From contig CAWCTM010000010.1 in the NCBI GenBank assembly GCA_963798595.1, positions 352 to 64,351 on the forward strand: DNA of 64,000 nucleotides, given 5' to 3'. Shown piece after piece: positions 50,533 to 59,618 of the stretch. The DNA comes from an uncultured Gammaproteobacteria bacterium. Its GTDB lineage: Bacteria > Pseudomonadota > Gammaproteobacteria > Steroidobacterales > Steroidobacteraceae. The first letter of the stretch is position 1. Every line of letters begins with the position of its first letter. The position numbers and the translations under genes were made by a program. The notes under the pieces were generated by a model that worked only from the letters and a program-made list of their open reading frames with translations, ran no database searches and had not been told where the DNA came from.

Positions 50533-51594
50533 ATGGAGTCCGACGATCTATCGCACGGTATCGGCCGTCGCGCGCTGATTTCAGCCCTCGTCCTGCTGCC
50601 AGCGCTGCCCACAACACTGCTTTCCTCTCCAGCCCAGGCGGAAACGACGCCGAGCACGCCCCTCGCCTCGTGGAATGAAGGCGCGTCGAAACAGGCGATC
50701 CTCGACTTCGTGCGTGCCACCACTGATCAGGGAAGCCCAAAATTCGTGGCGACTGAAGATCGCGTCGCCACTTTCGATCAGGACGGCACGCTTTGGGTCG
50801 AGCATCCAATCTATACCCAGGTGATCTACTGCCTCGACCGCGTTCCGGCAGTGGTGGAGAAAAAGCCGCAACTCAAAAATGTCGAACCGTTCAAGACCGT
50901 GCTTTCCTGCGACCGCGAGGCGATCGCGAAGCTGCCGCTGCACGACCTCGAAAAGATTCTTGCGGCGACATTGACTGGTATGCCGGTCGAGACGTTCGAA
51001 GCCGAAGTCAAAAAATGGATCGTGTCCGCGAAAAACTCGCGCTGGAAGAGGTCCTTCACCGACCTCGTCTATCAGCCGATGATCGAAGTTCTCCAATATT
51101 TACGCGCCAGCGGCTTCAAGACTTGCATCGTGACCGGTGGCGGTCAGGATTTTGTGCGCGTCTATTCGCAGCGAGTCTACGGCATTCCTCCGGAGCAGGT
51201 TGTCGGTACGATGGGAGGAACGAAATTCGGCTACAACAAGGACGGCATGCCGTTCCTGACCAAGGAGCCGAATTTACTTTTGAACAACGACAACGCCGGC
51301 AAGCCTGAGGGCATTCATCTGATGATCGGCCGACGCCCGCGCGCGGCGTTCGGCAATTCGGATGGCGACCGGGAGATGCTCGAATATACGGGCGCTGGCG
51401 ACGGCGCACGGCTGATGATGCTTGTGCTGCACGATGATGCGCACCGCGAATACGCTTACGGTCCGGCGCGCGGACTTCCCAATAGCAGGATCGGCACTTT
51501 CAGGCCTGCGCTCGACGCCGAGGCGAAAAAGGACGGCTGGAATGTCATCAGCATGAAGAATGACTGGAAACGCATTTTCGCTTTCGATGAATGA
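50533..51594 (+). CDS. HAD-superfamily hydrolase, Tat-type exported
   Basis: GIGRRALISALVLLPALP...AQAE leader. HAD motif I FDQDGTLW. Later IVTGGGQDFV and GNSDGDREML. Confidence 0.8.
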   Translation: MESDDLSHGIGRRALISALVLLPALPTTLLSSPAQAETTPSTPLASWNEGASKQAILDFVRATTDQGSPKFVATEDRVATFDQDGTLWVEHPIYTQVIYCLDRVPAVVEKKPQLKNVEPFKTVLSCDREAIAKLPLHDLEKILAATLTGMPVETFEAEVKKWIVSAKNSRWKRSFTDLVYQPMIEVLQYLRASGFKTCIVTGGGQDFVRVYSQRVYGIPPEQVVGTMGGTKFGYNKDGMPFLTKEPNLLLNNDNAGKPEGIHLMIGRRPRAAFGNSDGDREMLEYTGAGDGARLMMLVLHDDAHREYAYGPARGLPNSRIGTFRPALDAEAKKDGWNVISMKNDWKRIFAFDE

Positions 51595-51646
51595 CCGCAG
51601 TTCCGGGGTCCATATCGGGAAATCGAAGTCGTGGAGAGAACGTGAG

Positions 51647-53143
51647 ATGATCGTGAAGCAGCTGCAGGTGCTGGCATTTGCGCTCTCCGCGTTATTGGCG
51701 CAGACCGCGCTTGCGCAGACGCCGCAGGACAGCCCGCCGCCCGCCGCATCGAATCAACTGCTAAGCGGCGGCGAGCTTGAGGCTCTAGTCGCTCCGATCG
51801 CGCTTTACCCAGATGCCTTGCTGTCGGAAATCTTCATGGCCTCGACTTACCCGCTTGCAGTCGTCGAAGCTGAGCGCTGGGTCGGCAAGAACAAAAACCT
51901 CAAAGGCGATCAACTCAAGGAGGCGCTCGAAAAGCAAGGCTGGGACGACAGTGTGAAGACGCTGACGGCGACGCCGGACGTGCTCGACATGATGAGCGAC
52001 AAGCTCGATTGGACTCAAAAGCTCGGCGACGCGATCCTTGCGCAGCAGGGTGAGGTCATGGACGCGGTGCAGCGACTGCGCAAAAAAGCGCAGGCCAACA
52101 ACAAGCTGACCTCGAACCGGCAGCAGACCGTTACGACGCAGCAGGAGGACGGCAAACAGGCGATTGTCATCGCGCCAACGCAACCGGACACTATCTACGT
52201 TCCCTACTATAACCCGTCGGTGGTTTACGGCAGTTGGTCGTATCCGGCTTATCCGCCCTACTATTTTGGAGCACCCGGATACATCGCCGGCGGCGTCATC
52301 GCGACTGGTGTTGCCTTCGGCGCAGGTTACGCGCTTGGGCGTTGGGTTTCCGGCGGCTATCGCTGGGGCGGCGGCTTTAACTGGGGTGGTAACAACATCA
52401 ATATCAACCGCTCAGTCAACATCGGCAACGTCAGCATTAAAAGCAACAACTGGACGCACAATCCCGCGCACCGGCAAGGTGTGCGCTACAATAACGCCAA
52501 TGTCGCGCAGAAATTCGGCGGCAATCGCAACGCAGGCGGCGCGCAAGATCGTGCGGATTTCCGTGGCCGAACGAGTGGGGCGCAGGCGCTTGGCGGTGGT
52601 AATCGCGCCAATGCCGGCGGCGGCAACCGGGCAAACCTCGGAAATGGGGCTGGGCACCATGCGGCCAATCTCGGCGGCGGCGCGGGTAACAGGACCGCTG
52701 GCCCTCGCGGTGGTGATCGCGCGGGCGGCGGCAACGCATTGGGCAACATCGGCGCGGGCCGATCGGCGGGCCTCGATTCCGCGCGCGGCCGCGCGAGCAT
52801 CGGTGGCGCGGGCGGCGGCTTCCACAGCGGTGGCGCCAGAGCTGGTGGCGGCTCTCGGGGTGGTGGGCGGCACTCGGATGCAAGGCTAAAGCACGACATT
52901 GTCCTTCTCGGACGTCTTAACAATGGCCTTGGCTTTTATGGCTTTACCTATAATGGCGGCGAGCGGCGCTATGTCGGTGTGATGGCGCAAGAGGTACAGG
53001 CAGTGATGCCTGCTGCGGTCACGCGCGGGCGCGACGGCTATCTCCTTGTCTCCTACGACAAGCTCGGTCTGAAGTTTCAGACCTATGACGAGTGGATAGC
53101 GTCAGGTGCGCGGGTGCCAAGCGCCGCCCGAGTTTCGCATTGA
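51647..53143 (+). CDS. DUF3300 protein with Gly/Arg/Asn-rich linker and C-terminal S74-type intramolecular chaperone domain
   Basis: Signal peptide. DUF3300 core LEALVAPIALYPDALLSEIFMASTYPLAVVEAERWV...GWDDSVKTLTATPDVLDMM. Low-complexity region at 52560-52870. The end SDARLKHDIVLLGRLNNGLGFYGFTYNGGERRYVGVMAQEVQAVMPAAVTRGRDGYLLVSYDKLG (52874-53140) resembles the endosialidase/tail-fibre chaperone domain. Confidence 0.8.
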   Translation: MIVKQLQVLAFALSALLAQTALAQTPQDSPPPAASNQLLSGGELEALVAPIALYPDALLSEIFMASTYPLAVVEAERWVGKNKNLKGDQLKEALEKQGWDDSVKTLTATPDVLDMMSDKLDWTQKLGDAILAQQGEVMDAVQRLRKKAQANNKLTSNRQQTVTTQQEDGKQAIVIAPTQPDTIYVPYYNPSVVYGSWSYPAYPPYYFGAPGYIAGGVIATGVAFGAGYALGRWVSGGYRWGGGFNWGGNNININRSVNIGNVSIKSNNWTHNPAHRQGVRYNNANVAQKFGGNRNAGGAQDRADFRGRTSGAQALGGGNRANAGGGNRANLGNGAGHHAANLGGGAGNRTAGPRGGDRAGGGNALGNIGAGRSAGLDSARGRASIGGAGGGFHSGGARAGGGSRGGGRHSDARLKHDIVLLGRLNNGLGFYGFTYNGGERRYVGVMAQEVQAVMPAAVTRGRDGYLLVSYDKLGLKFQTYDEWIASGARVPSAARVSH

Positions 53144-53190
53144 GCGTCTGCATCGACGGCCTGGAATTACGGACCATTAATGAGCATGTC

Positions 53191-54144
53191 ATGAGGAAAA
53201 GCCATCCGTTGCATCACCCGCACCTCGCGCGCCTGACAGCTTCGCTGGCCGCGGCGATGATGTTTTTCGCTTCCGCATCCGTCGCAGTCGCCCAGCTGGA
53301 CTACAAGACGCCGCAAGCCGCTGCTGAAGCACTCATCGTTGCCGTCAAAGACGGCGATGCTAAAGCGATACTGGCCGTCCTCGGCCCCGACGGCGAAGAC
53401 ATAATATCTTCGGGCGACAAGGTCGCCGATGAACAGGCGCGCAAGCGCTTCATCAACTCGTATGACATCAAACATCAGATAACGATGGAAAGCGAGCACA
53501 AAGCCATCTTGATCATCGGCGACAACGATTATCCTTTCCCGATCCCGCTCGAGCGCGTCAAAACGGGCTTGTGGTCGTTCGACACCCAGGAAGGCCGCAA
53601 TGAAATCATCTATCGCCGCATCGGCCACAACGAGCTCCAGGCGATCCAGACCTGTCTCGCTTATGTCGACGCACAATACGACTACGCGGATAAGGATCGC
53701 ACGGGAGCGGGCGGCGGTGTCTATGCCCGGCGCTTCGTCAGCCAAGAGGGCAAGCATGACGGCCTTTACTGGCCAAGCGCCCAAGGCGAGGAAAGCCCGC
53801 TCGGGGAGCTATTCGCGAAGGCGTCGCATGAAGGCTATCGCCCTGACGAAGGGCGCATTCCTTTTCACGGTTATTATTACAAGATCCTGACCGGGCAGGG
53901 GCCCGCCGCGACTGGCGGGACCGCCGACTACATCGTGCACGGCAAGATGATCGGCGGTTTCGCCCTCGTTGCTTATCCGGCGGCTTATCGCAACTCCGGC
54001 GTGATGACCTTCATCGTCAATCACCAAGGCACGGTATTTCAAAAAGATCTCGGACCGGACTCTGCCGATCTCGCCGAAGCCATGACCTCTTTTAATCCCG
54101 GTGCAGGCTGGAAAAAAGTCGATGTGAACGAAGCGGCGAAATAA
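53191..54144 (+). CDS. DUF2950-family secreted protein
   Basis: Signal peptide. KTPQAAAEALIVAVKDGDAKAILAVLGP...YPFPIPL...WSFDTQEGRNEIIYRRIGHNELQAIQTCLAYVDAQYDYA...GYYYKILTGQG...GGFALVAYPAAYRNSGVMTFIVNHQGTVFQKDLG. It sits in the usual partner position after DUF3300. Confidence 0.85.
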   Translation: MRKSHPLHHPHLARLTASLAAAMMFFASASVAVAQLDYKTPQAAAEALIVAVKDGDAKAILAVLGPDGEDIISSGDKVADEQARKRFINSYDIKHQITMESEHKAILIIGDNDYPFPIPLERVKTGLWSFDTQEGRNEIIYRRIGHNELQAIQTCLAYVDAQYDYADKDRTGAGGGVYARRFVSQEGKHDGLYWPSAQGEESPLGELFAKASHEGYRPDEGRIPFHGYYYKILTGQGPAATGGTADYIVHGKMIGGFALVAYPAAYRNSGVMTFIVNHQGTVFQKDLGPDSADLAEAMTSFNPGAGWKKVDVNEAAK

Positions 54145-54184
54145 CTGGCAAGCGACTTCAAGCAAGACCCGGCAGGCAGATCGC

Positions 54185-54634
54185 ATGACAACAGCGCACA
54201 CAGGCCCGGAAAGATTTGAGGTGAGGGTGACGGCGGACAGCCACTTCGGTTGGCTCCGCACTCGATTGAGCCTGGAACGGACAATGATGTCGTGGATACG
54301 GACCGCGGTGTCGTTGATCGGTTTTGGCTTCGCCATCGTGCAGTTTTTTGAGCGGTTGCAACAAATGCCTGACGCGCGCGCGGCCAACTATCCAAAGGCC
54401 CCCGAATATCTGGGGTTGGCTCTGATCGCCAGCGGCGTACTGGCACTGCTCATTTCGATTTGGCAGTACCGCTGGGTAGTTCGCTATATGTGGGGAGCGC
54501 CATTCTCCGCCATTGCCGGCATGAGAAAGGGTGCGACAAGCGAGCAGATGCATTCGCCCGTTATCGCAATCGCGATTCTCCTCACTTGCATCGGGCTGTT
54601 TGCATTCTTCGCCGTATTGTTCCGTCAGGTTTAG
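54185..54634 (+). CDS. DUF202 (YidH-like) membrane protein
   Basis: RTRLSLERTMMSWIRTAVSLIGFGFAIVQFF, plus two further TM helices. Confidence 0.7.
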   Translation: MTTAHTGPERFEVRVTADSHFGWLRTRLSLERTMMSWIRTAVSLIGFGFAIVQFFERLQQMPDARAANYPKAPEYLGLALIASGVLALLISIWQYRWVVRYMWGAPFSAIAGMRKGATSEQMHSPVIAIAILLTCIGLFAFFAVLFRQV

Positions 54635-54693
54635 CGATTTGGTTTCCAGAACCGCGACCGATTTAGCATCCACAACTCAAAAAGGAGATTGAA

Positions 54694-56187
54694 ATGGCGA
54701 AGGAAGGCAAGCCGAACATCCTCATTCTTTGGGGTGACGACATCGGTTGGTGGAATATCAGCTATAACAATCGCGGCCAGATGGGGTACCGCACTCCAAG
54801 TATCGACCGCATCGGCAACGAAGGCGCCACGTTCACCGACTATTATGGCCAGCAGAGCTGCACCGCGGGGCGGGCTGCGTTCATTACCGGCCAAAACCCA
54901 ATCCGTACGGGCCTGACCAAGGTAGGAATGCCCGGCGCGAACGTCGGCATTCGTGCTGAGGACCCAACCATTGCAGAGTTACTGAAGCCGCTTGGCTACG
55001 CCACGGGCCAATTCGGCAAAAATCATTTGGGCGACAAGGACGAATTTTTGCCGACTATGCACGGGTTCGACGAGTTCTTCGGTAATTTGTATCACCTCAA
55101 CGCCGAGGAAGAGCCGGAGCAGCCGGACTATCCAAAAGATCCGGCGTTTAAGAAGCGATTTGGGCCTCGCGGCTTGCTTCACTCTTGGGCGGACGGTAAG
55201 GGGGGACAGAAGATCGAAGATACCGGTCCGCTGACCATAAAGCGGATGGAAACTGTTGATGAGGAGACCACCGAGCACGCGATGGCCTTCATTGAGAAAG
55301 CCAGCAAGGACGGAAGGCCGTTCTTTGTTTGGTACAACACAACTGCCATGCATTTCAGAACCCACTGCGCAGCGAAGCACAAAGGCAAAAGTGGCCAGGG
55401 GGACTATAACGACGTCATGGTCGCCCATGACGAAAACATTGGCAGGATGCTGGCCAAGCTGGACGAACTCGGCATCGCAGACGACACGATAGTTATGTAT
55501 TCGACGGACAACGGGCCGCATTACAACAGCTGGCCTGATGCCGGAATTACCCCGTTTCGCAGTGAAAAGAACACGAATTGGGAAGGCGGCTGGCGTGTGC
55601 CGATCTTTGTTCGCTGGCCAGGCAAGATCAAAGCGGGATTGGTCTTCAACGATATTGCCTCACACCAGGACTGGCTCCCAACCCTTTTGGCTGCGGCCGG
55701 TGAACCCGGTATCTCCGAAAAGCTGCTCGGCGGCCACAAGATCGGGAGCAAGACCTACAAAGTGCACATCGACGGCTTAAACATTTTGCCTTACCTGACG
55801 GGAGAGGCAAAGGAGAGTCCCAGAAAGTATTTTTTCTATTTCAGCGACGATGGTGACCTTCTGGCTATTCGCATGGGCGACTGGAAGATGGTGCTCATGG
55901 AACAGAGAGCCAAGCAGTTATTGTGCTGGTTCGAACCCTTCGTGAAACTCAGGGCGCCGAAAATGTTCAATCTGCGCCGCGATCCGTTCGAGCGGGCGGA
56001 CGAAAACTCAAACACTTATTGGGACTGGCTCATCTCGCACGCCTATTTGCTGTATGGCATGCAGGCGCTGGTGGCCCAACAGATCGATAACTTCGTAAAA
56101 TATCCGCCGCGTCAAAAACCGGCCTCATTCAACCTCGACGCGGTCCTCGCGCAAATCCAGGACGCCGGCGGCGGCGGTCAACATTGA
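54694..56187 (+). CDS. arylsulfatase (type I sulfatase) without a signal peptide
   Basis: MAKEGKPNILILWGDDIGWWN starts directly at the catalytic core after AAGGAG. Motif SCTAGRAAFITG. Paralogue of 22832-24535, which does carry a Tat leader. Confidence 0.9.
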   Translation: MAKEGKPNILILWGDDIGWWNISYNNRGQMGYRTPSIDRIGNEGATFTDYYGQQSCTAGRAAFITGQNPIRTGLTKVGMPGANVGIRAEDPTIAELLKPLGYATGQFGKNHLGDKDEFLPTMHGFDEFFGNLYHLNAEEEPEQPDYPKDPAFKKRFGPRGLLHSWADGKGGQKIEDTGPLTIKRMETVDEETTEHAMAFIEKASKDGRPFFVWYNTTAMHFRTHCAAKHKGKSGQGDYNDVMVAHDENIGRMLAKLDELGIADDTIVMYSTDNGPHYNSWPDAGITPFRSEKNTNWEGGWRVPIFVRWPGKIKAGLVFNDIASHQDWLPTLLAAAGEPGISEKLLGGHKIGSKTYKVHIDGLNILPYLTGEAKESPRKYFFYFSDDGDLLAIRMGDWKMVLMEQRAKQLLCWFEPFVKLRAPKMFNLRRDPFERADENSNTYWDWLISHAYLLYGMQALVAQQIDNFVKYPPRQKPASFNLDAVLAQIQDAGGGGQH

Positions 56188-56319
56188 TTCTTATCTTTCC
56201 CGTTCTCGCGAAGGCTCTGTCGCGCTCATCGCGACAGAGCTTCCGGGAGCGCGTGACTTTATAGATTCGGTTTCGGGCTGAAGCTGACGTGGCCGTTTCT
56301 TGAACACGCGGCGTAGAGT

Positions 56320-56997
56320 TCAGTTCTTCCTGGCGGTGTTCGGCAGATTCTCGGAATTCGTGAGAAATTTGCGTGCGATGCGCGAGGTCAATCCGCGCAT
56401 CAGCAAATACGGCACGAATGCGAGAAGCATCGCAATGATGAGCGCCTCATAAGGATAGAACGCTTTGAAGACGATGATTTGATAGATCGTATCCATCGCG
56501 AGACCCAGCAAGAGAATCCTGGCGGTAGCGTTCATTCCCTCCCGCAACCTGCCGCCGCGCTCGCGAGCGTTTGATATGATGGTCCACGCAAACGGCGAAC
56601 GGCCCGCGCGCGCGTCATAAAGACCCTCCCGGATCGCAACGATCGCGGCCATCGCCGGCTGCAGAATAAAGCGAAACCCAAGTGGCCCGCTCGGTCGTGT
56701 GAGCAGGTTATTCCAGATCCGCTCAATATTTTCGATGCTGACGCCATGCCACGCCACGCCGGCGATCATGAGCAAAATGCTGAGCGTGATGACCACTTTT
56801 GCTAACAGTGCCATCTGTACGGGGGCATCGGTCCTTTCGATGGACCCGGCCCGGCGAAGCTTAGCGGCGGCCGATTTAAACCATTTCAGCATGCGCCTGA
56901 GCCACCGTAGATTACCCCTATGAAAGAAGGACATCAGGTGCTTCTTTTGCTGTTTACACTCGTCAATAGCGCCCCCTTCAGCGCTGGGGTCGGTCAC
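56320..56997 (-). CDS. integral membrane protein, unknown function
   Basis: Four or five hydrophobic segments. A GTG at 56997 overlaps the stop of the upstream ORF (GTGA). The alternative ATG is at 56934. Confidence 0.5.
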   Translation of the reverse strand: MTDPSAEGGAIDECKQQKKHLMSFFHRGNLRWLRRMLKWFKSAAAKLRRAGSIERTDAPVQMALLAKVVITLSILLMIAGVAWHGVSIENIERIWNNLLTRPSGPLGFRFILQPAMAAIVAIREGLYDARAGRSPFAWTIISNARERGGRLREGMNATARILLLGLAMDTIYQIIVFKAFYPYEALIIAMLLAFVPYLLMRGLTSRIARKFLTNSENLPNTARKN

Positions 56998-57347
56998 TCG
57001 CCTCGGACAGAACCTTTGGCTGCCCGCTGCGAGGGCCGGCAGCCTTTAATTTCCGTTTCCATGGAGAAACTTAAGAACTTGCGAATTGCCACCAGTGCCG
57101 CCAGCAGCCCCGCTATCAAAGGCAAGAGCGGCCGTGATGGTCGAGGTCCCGCGCCGACGAGCAAATCAGTCCAAGAAAGATGCCGTGCCCGGTTTCGGAA
57201 CGGAAACGCGAAATCACCGGTCCGGGAACCGCAACGGATGAAAGTCGCCCTAGCCAAGACGATACTGCCAAGGATGATAGCCATCCCAGCGAGTTCGAGG
57301 ACATTTGCCAGCTGATCAACGAAGGCGTGGGCTTGATCTGCCAGCAC
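56994..57347 (-). CDS. DUF1622-like small membrane protein (integrity uncertain)
   Basis: N-terminus VDQLANVLELAGMAIILGSIVLA and C-terminus LLAALVAIRKFLSFSMETEI fit the family pattern. The middle is atypical and an alternative frame (57116-57319) carries IFLGL, so a compensated frameshift is possible. Confidence 0.4.
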   Translation of the reverse strand: MLADQAHAFVDQLANVLELAGMAIILGSIVLARATFIRCGSRTGDFAFPFRNRARHLSWTDLLVGAGPRPSRPLLPLIAGLLAALVAIRKFLSFSMETEIKGCRPSQRAAKGSVRGE

Positions 57348-57480
57348 GCGGCGACCTTTACGAAGTCAGATCAAGAACTCGTGCATTCTGCGCAGTCGGG
57401 CGACGCGGCTCGGCGCCTGCTCGCCGTTGTCCGACCGCGAAGCACACATCGTTTTCAAGCAAATCACCGACCGAGCGACC

Positions 57481-57498
57481 ATTGGACCGTGGTCCAAT
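57481..57498. promoter_or_regulatory. palindromic motif ATTGGACCGTGGTCCAAT, plus extra half-site GGTCCAAT at 57517-57524
   Basis: Perfect arms. Lies 186 bp upstream of the hdeA-like pair starting at 57684. Confidence 0.6.
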
Positions 57499-57683
57499 AT
57501 CGCAATGCGGGATGTCGGTCCAATGTTATTAATATACGGCATCGGCTTTACGTCGAGCGTTCGGAAATGCTTCACTGTTGGTGCGCCTTCTGACCGGTCG
57601 GCGACCTTCCTCCCGGAGGGAGTGGAGACGATCGCGAACCGTCCGCAAGGACGCGTTACGTCGCAAATCTTAGGAGACATCAA

Positions 57684-57974
57684 ATGAAAGCGTTGGCTTA
57701 CGGTCTAGCCCTGGCAGCGCTCTTGCCTGCCATTGCCCAAGCTCAGATCAAGATCGACACAAACCTAGTGACCTGCGCCCAATACCTCGCCATGCCGCCC
57801 GACCAGGCCGCTAACTTCGCCGCATGGATGAGCGGATGGTTCAATCAAAAACAGGGTTATGTCTGGATCAATCTCCAAGCTTACGAGCGAAACGTCGCGA
57901 ACGTAACGGCTTATTGTGCCGCCAACCCGAACGACACGGTGATGGCTGCGCTACAGCGCGCGACACAAAAATAA
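57684..57974 (+). CDS. HdeA/HdeB-like periplasmic protein
   Basis: Signal peptide, then IDTNLVTCAQYLAMPPDQAANFAAWMSGWFNQKQGYVWINL. Confidence 0.7.
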   Translation: MKALAYGLALAALLPAIAQAQIKIDTNLVTCAQYLAMPPDQAANFAAWMSGWFNQKQGYVWINLQAYERNVANVTAYCAANPNDTVMAALQRATQK

Positions 57975-58003
57975 ACCTCGAAAACGAACTGGGAGAATTT
58001 CCG

Positions 58004-58303
58004 ATGCGCCGAAGACTTGTTCTTGCTTCCTTGTTGCTGATTGCGGGCTCTGCACCGCCGGCGAGGGCTCAAACCATCCTCGACATGTCGCTGATCACCT
58101 GCCAGCAATATTTTGACGCTGCGCCAGAGCAGCAGAAGCTTATCGCATGGTGGATGAGGGGCTATTTCAGCGCGGCAAAAAATCTGTCGGTGATCGACTT
58201 TCGCTACGTCGACTACAACACAAAAGTTGTCACTGCCTACTGCAAGAAAAAGCAAAATAGGTACGAGACGCTTATGAGCGCAATACAACAAAACACGCGT
58301 TAG
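58004..58303 (+). CDS. HdeA/HdeB-like periplasmic protein
   Basis: GGGAGAA precedes the ATG at 58004. MRRRLVLASLLLIAGSAPPARAQTILDMSLITCQQYFDAAPEQQKLIAWWMRGYF. Confidence 0.7.
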   Translation: MRRRLVLASLLLIAGSAPPARAQTILDMSLITCQQYFDAAPEQQKLIAWWMRGYFSAAKNLSVIDFRYVDYNTKVVTAYCKKKQNRYETLMSAIQQNTR

Positions 58304-58645
58304 CCGATACGACGGCCTTTTGCGGTCTGAGATTGATAATGATCTCGACTTTCGTGGGAGGCGCCCGCACCTGAAGTGAAAAATCCAACCGGCGCCGGCG
58401 GTAGCGCGCGAGGCCGAAAAAGCGGCGGGCGAGCCCAATGACGTGTTTCGACGCTGGCCCTGGTGATCGTCCTGCTGCCGCGTTGCCGGCGTAACGTGAC
58501 AGAGCACCGCCCCCGACTGTCACGGCGCTGCTCAAAAACTCGATAAAGTTTATTCACCGCAGTTTCATCGAGATGGCGGCGCTTTTCTTGCACCACTAAT
58601 CGAGAGGGTATAACAAGGGAGATCACAATAAAAGGGAGGATCAGA

Positions 58646-58873
58646 ATGACACGGTTGATGGCTGTTGCTGGTTTTGCTTTGCTGCTCGCTACCTCGGCCC
58701 ACGCGATGACAGTCGCACCGCTTTATCAGCCGGACAGCGCGATCACAAATGTCGCCTTCGGCTGCGGTCTTGGACGGACACGCGTTGGCGGCATCTGCGT
58801 CGCTAGAACCACCATCCGCCAGGAGCGCAGGTGCGTCCGATGGACCGGACACCTTTGCGCGGCATGGTACTAA
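58646..58873 (+). CDS. small Cys-containing secreted protein
   Basis: AAGGGAGGA precedes the ATG. Leader MTRLMAVAGFALLLATSAHA. Motifs GCGLGRTRVGGICV...RCVRWTGHLC. Confidence 0.5.
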   Translation: MTRLMAVAGFALLLATSAHAMTVAPLYQPDSAITNVAFGCGLGRTRVGGICVARTTIRQERRCVRWTGHLCAAWY

Positions 58874-59618
58874 ACGCATAATTGTGCTTTAGCGCTAGTG
58901 CTAGGATTGGTGTCGCGTTCGGGGAGGAATGGACCATACGGCCCCGGCACCTCGAACGACGCCGCACAAGCTAGTCACATAAATCTAAAGTTCGCCGCAT
59001 AATGCCTGGTGTGATTTGCTAGAAGTCTCAGCGAAGTCGATGACCAGATTTGGTCCATTTGAGCCGGCTGGCAAAACGGCGAACTCTCCAAATACGCTCG
59101 GTCCTGCGCGCTCGGCGCCGGCCTCTCGCTCATGCATCCGCGACAAAGCCCTCCTAATAAATGTGGTTAAATGCCCTTGCGCCGGTTCCGCCGCCGTGGA
59201 TCGTCCCGCGCGGGTCGGCCTGCATTCGATAAATGCGCTGGCCAACTTGAGGCCTGCTGCGCAGCAGCAAAGCTCAGCAGCTCATGTCGGTTCGGGGTCA
59301 TTCACGACCGGTGCATTCAGTACGCGTGCCGATCAAATGTCCGTTGTTACTTCAACAGCGACATTATTGTTCGGCGCAGCGAAGTGACGCGGTGGGCCAC
59401 GAGCCGACATTGGGCCGCAGCAAATGAACCGTCTTGGCCGTCGGTCCCGCCTGGGATTTATCACGGTTACGGCGACCGCCACCGTGCGCTAGCAAAATAG
59501 CAATTGATTCGCGTGTGATTTCTAAAGACAGGTTGGCGAAGAACGCTTGCCTGCGTTCGCGCAAAGTTTGGCGCCAACGCATGTAGCGTCCGCCAATAAT
59601 AGGGTTTTTTTGCGAAGC

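Noticed and set aside
52164-52923. ORFs of 145-241 aa in both orientations over the Gly/Arg-rich part of the DUF3300 gene.
   Set aside because: Low-complexity GC-rich sequence keeps several frames open. Only the DUF3300 frame connects conserved N- and C-terminal domains.
53167-54387. 205-aa and 192-aa minus-strand ORFs.
   Set aside because: They are antisense to the DUF2950 and DUF202 genes and have no motifs.
29057-58943. Shared 13-mer GGACCATACGGCC at 29057 and 58931 as a second regulatory motif.
   Set aside because: A single 13-nt coincidence is expected by chance in 64 kb. One copy is inside a coding start region, and there is no palindromic structure.
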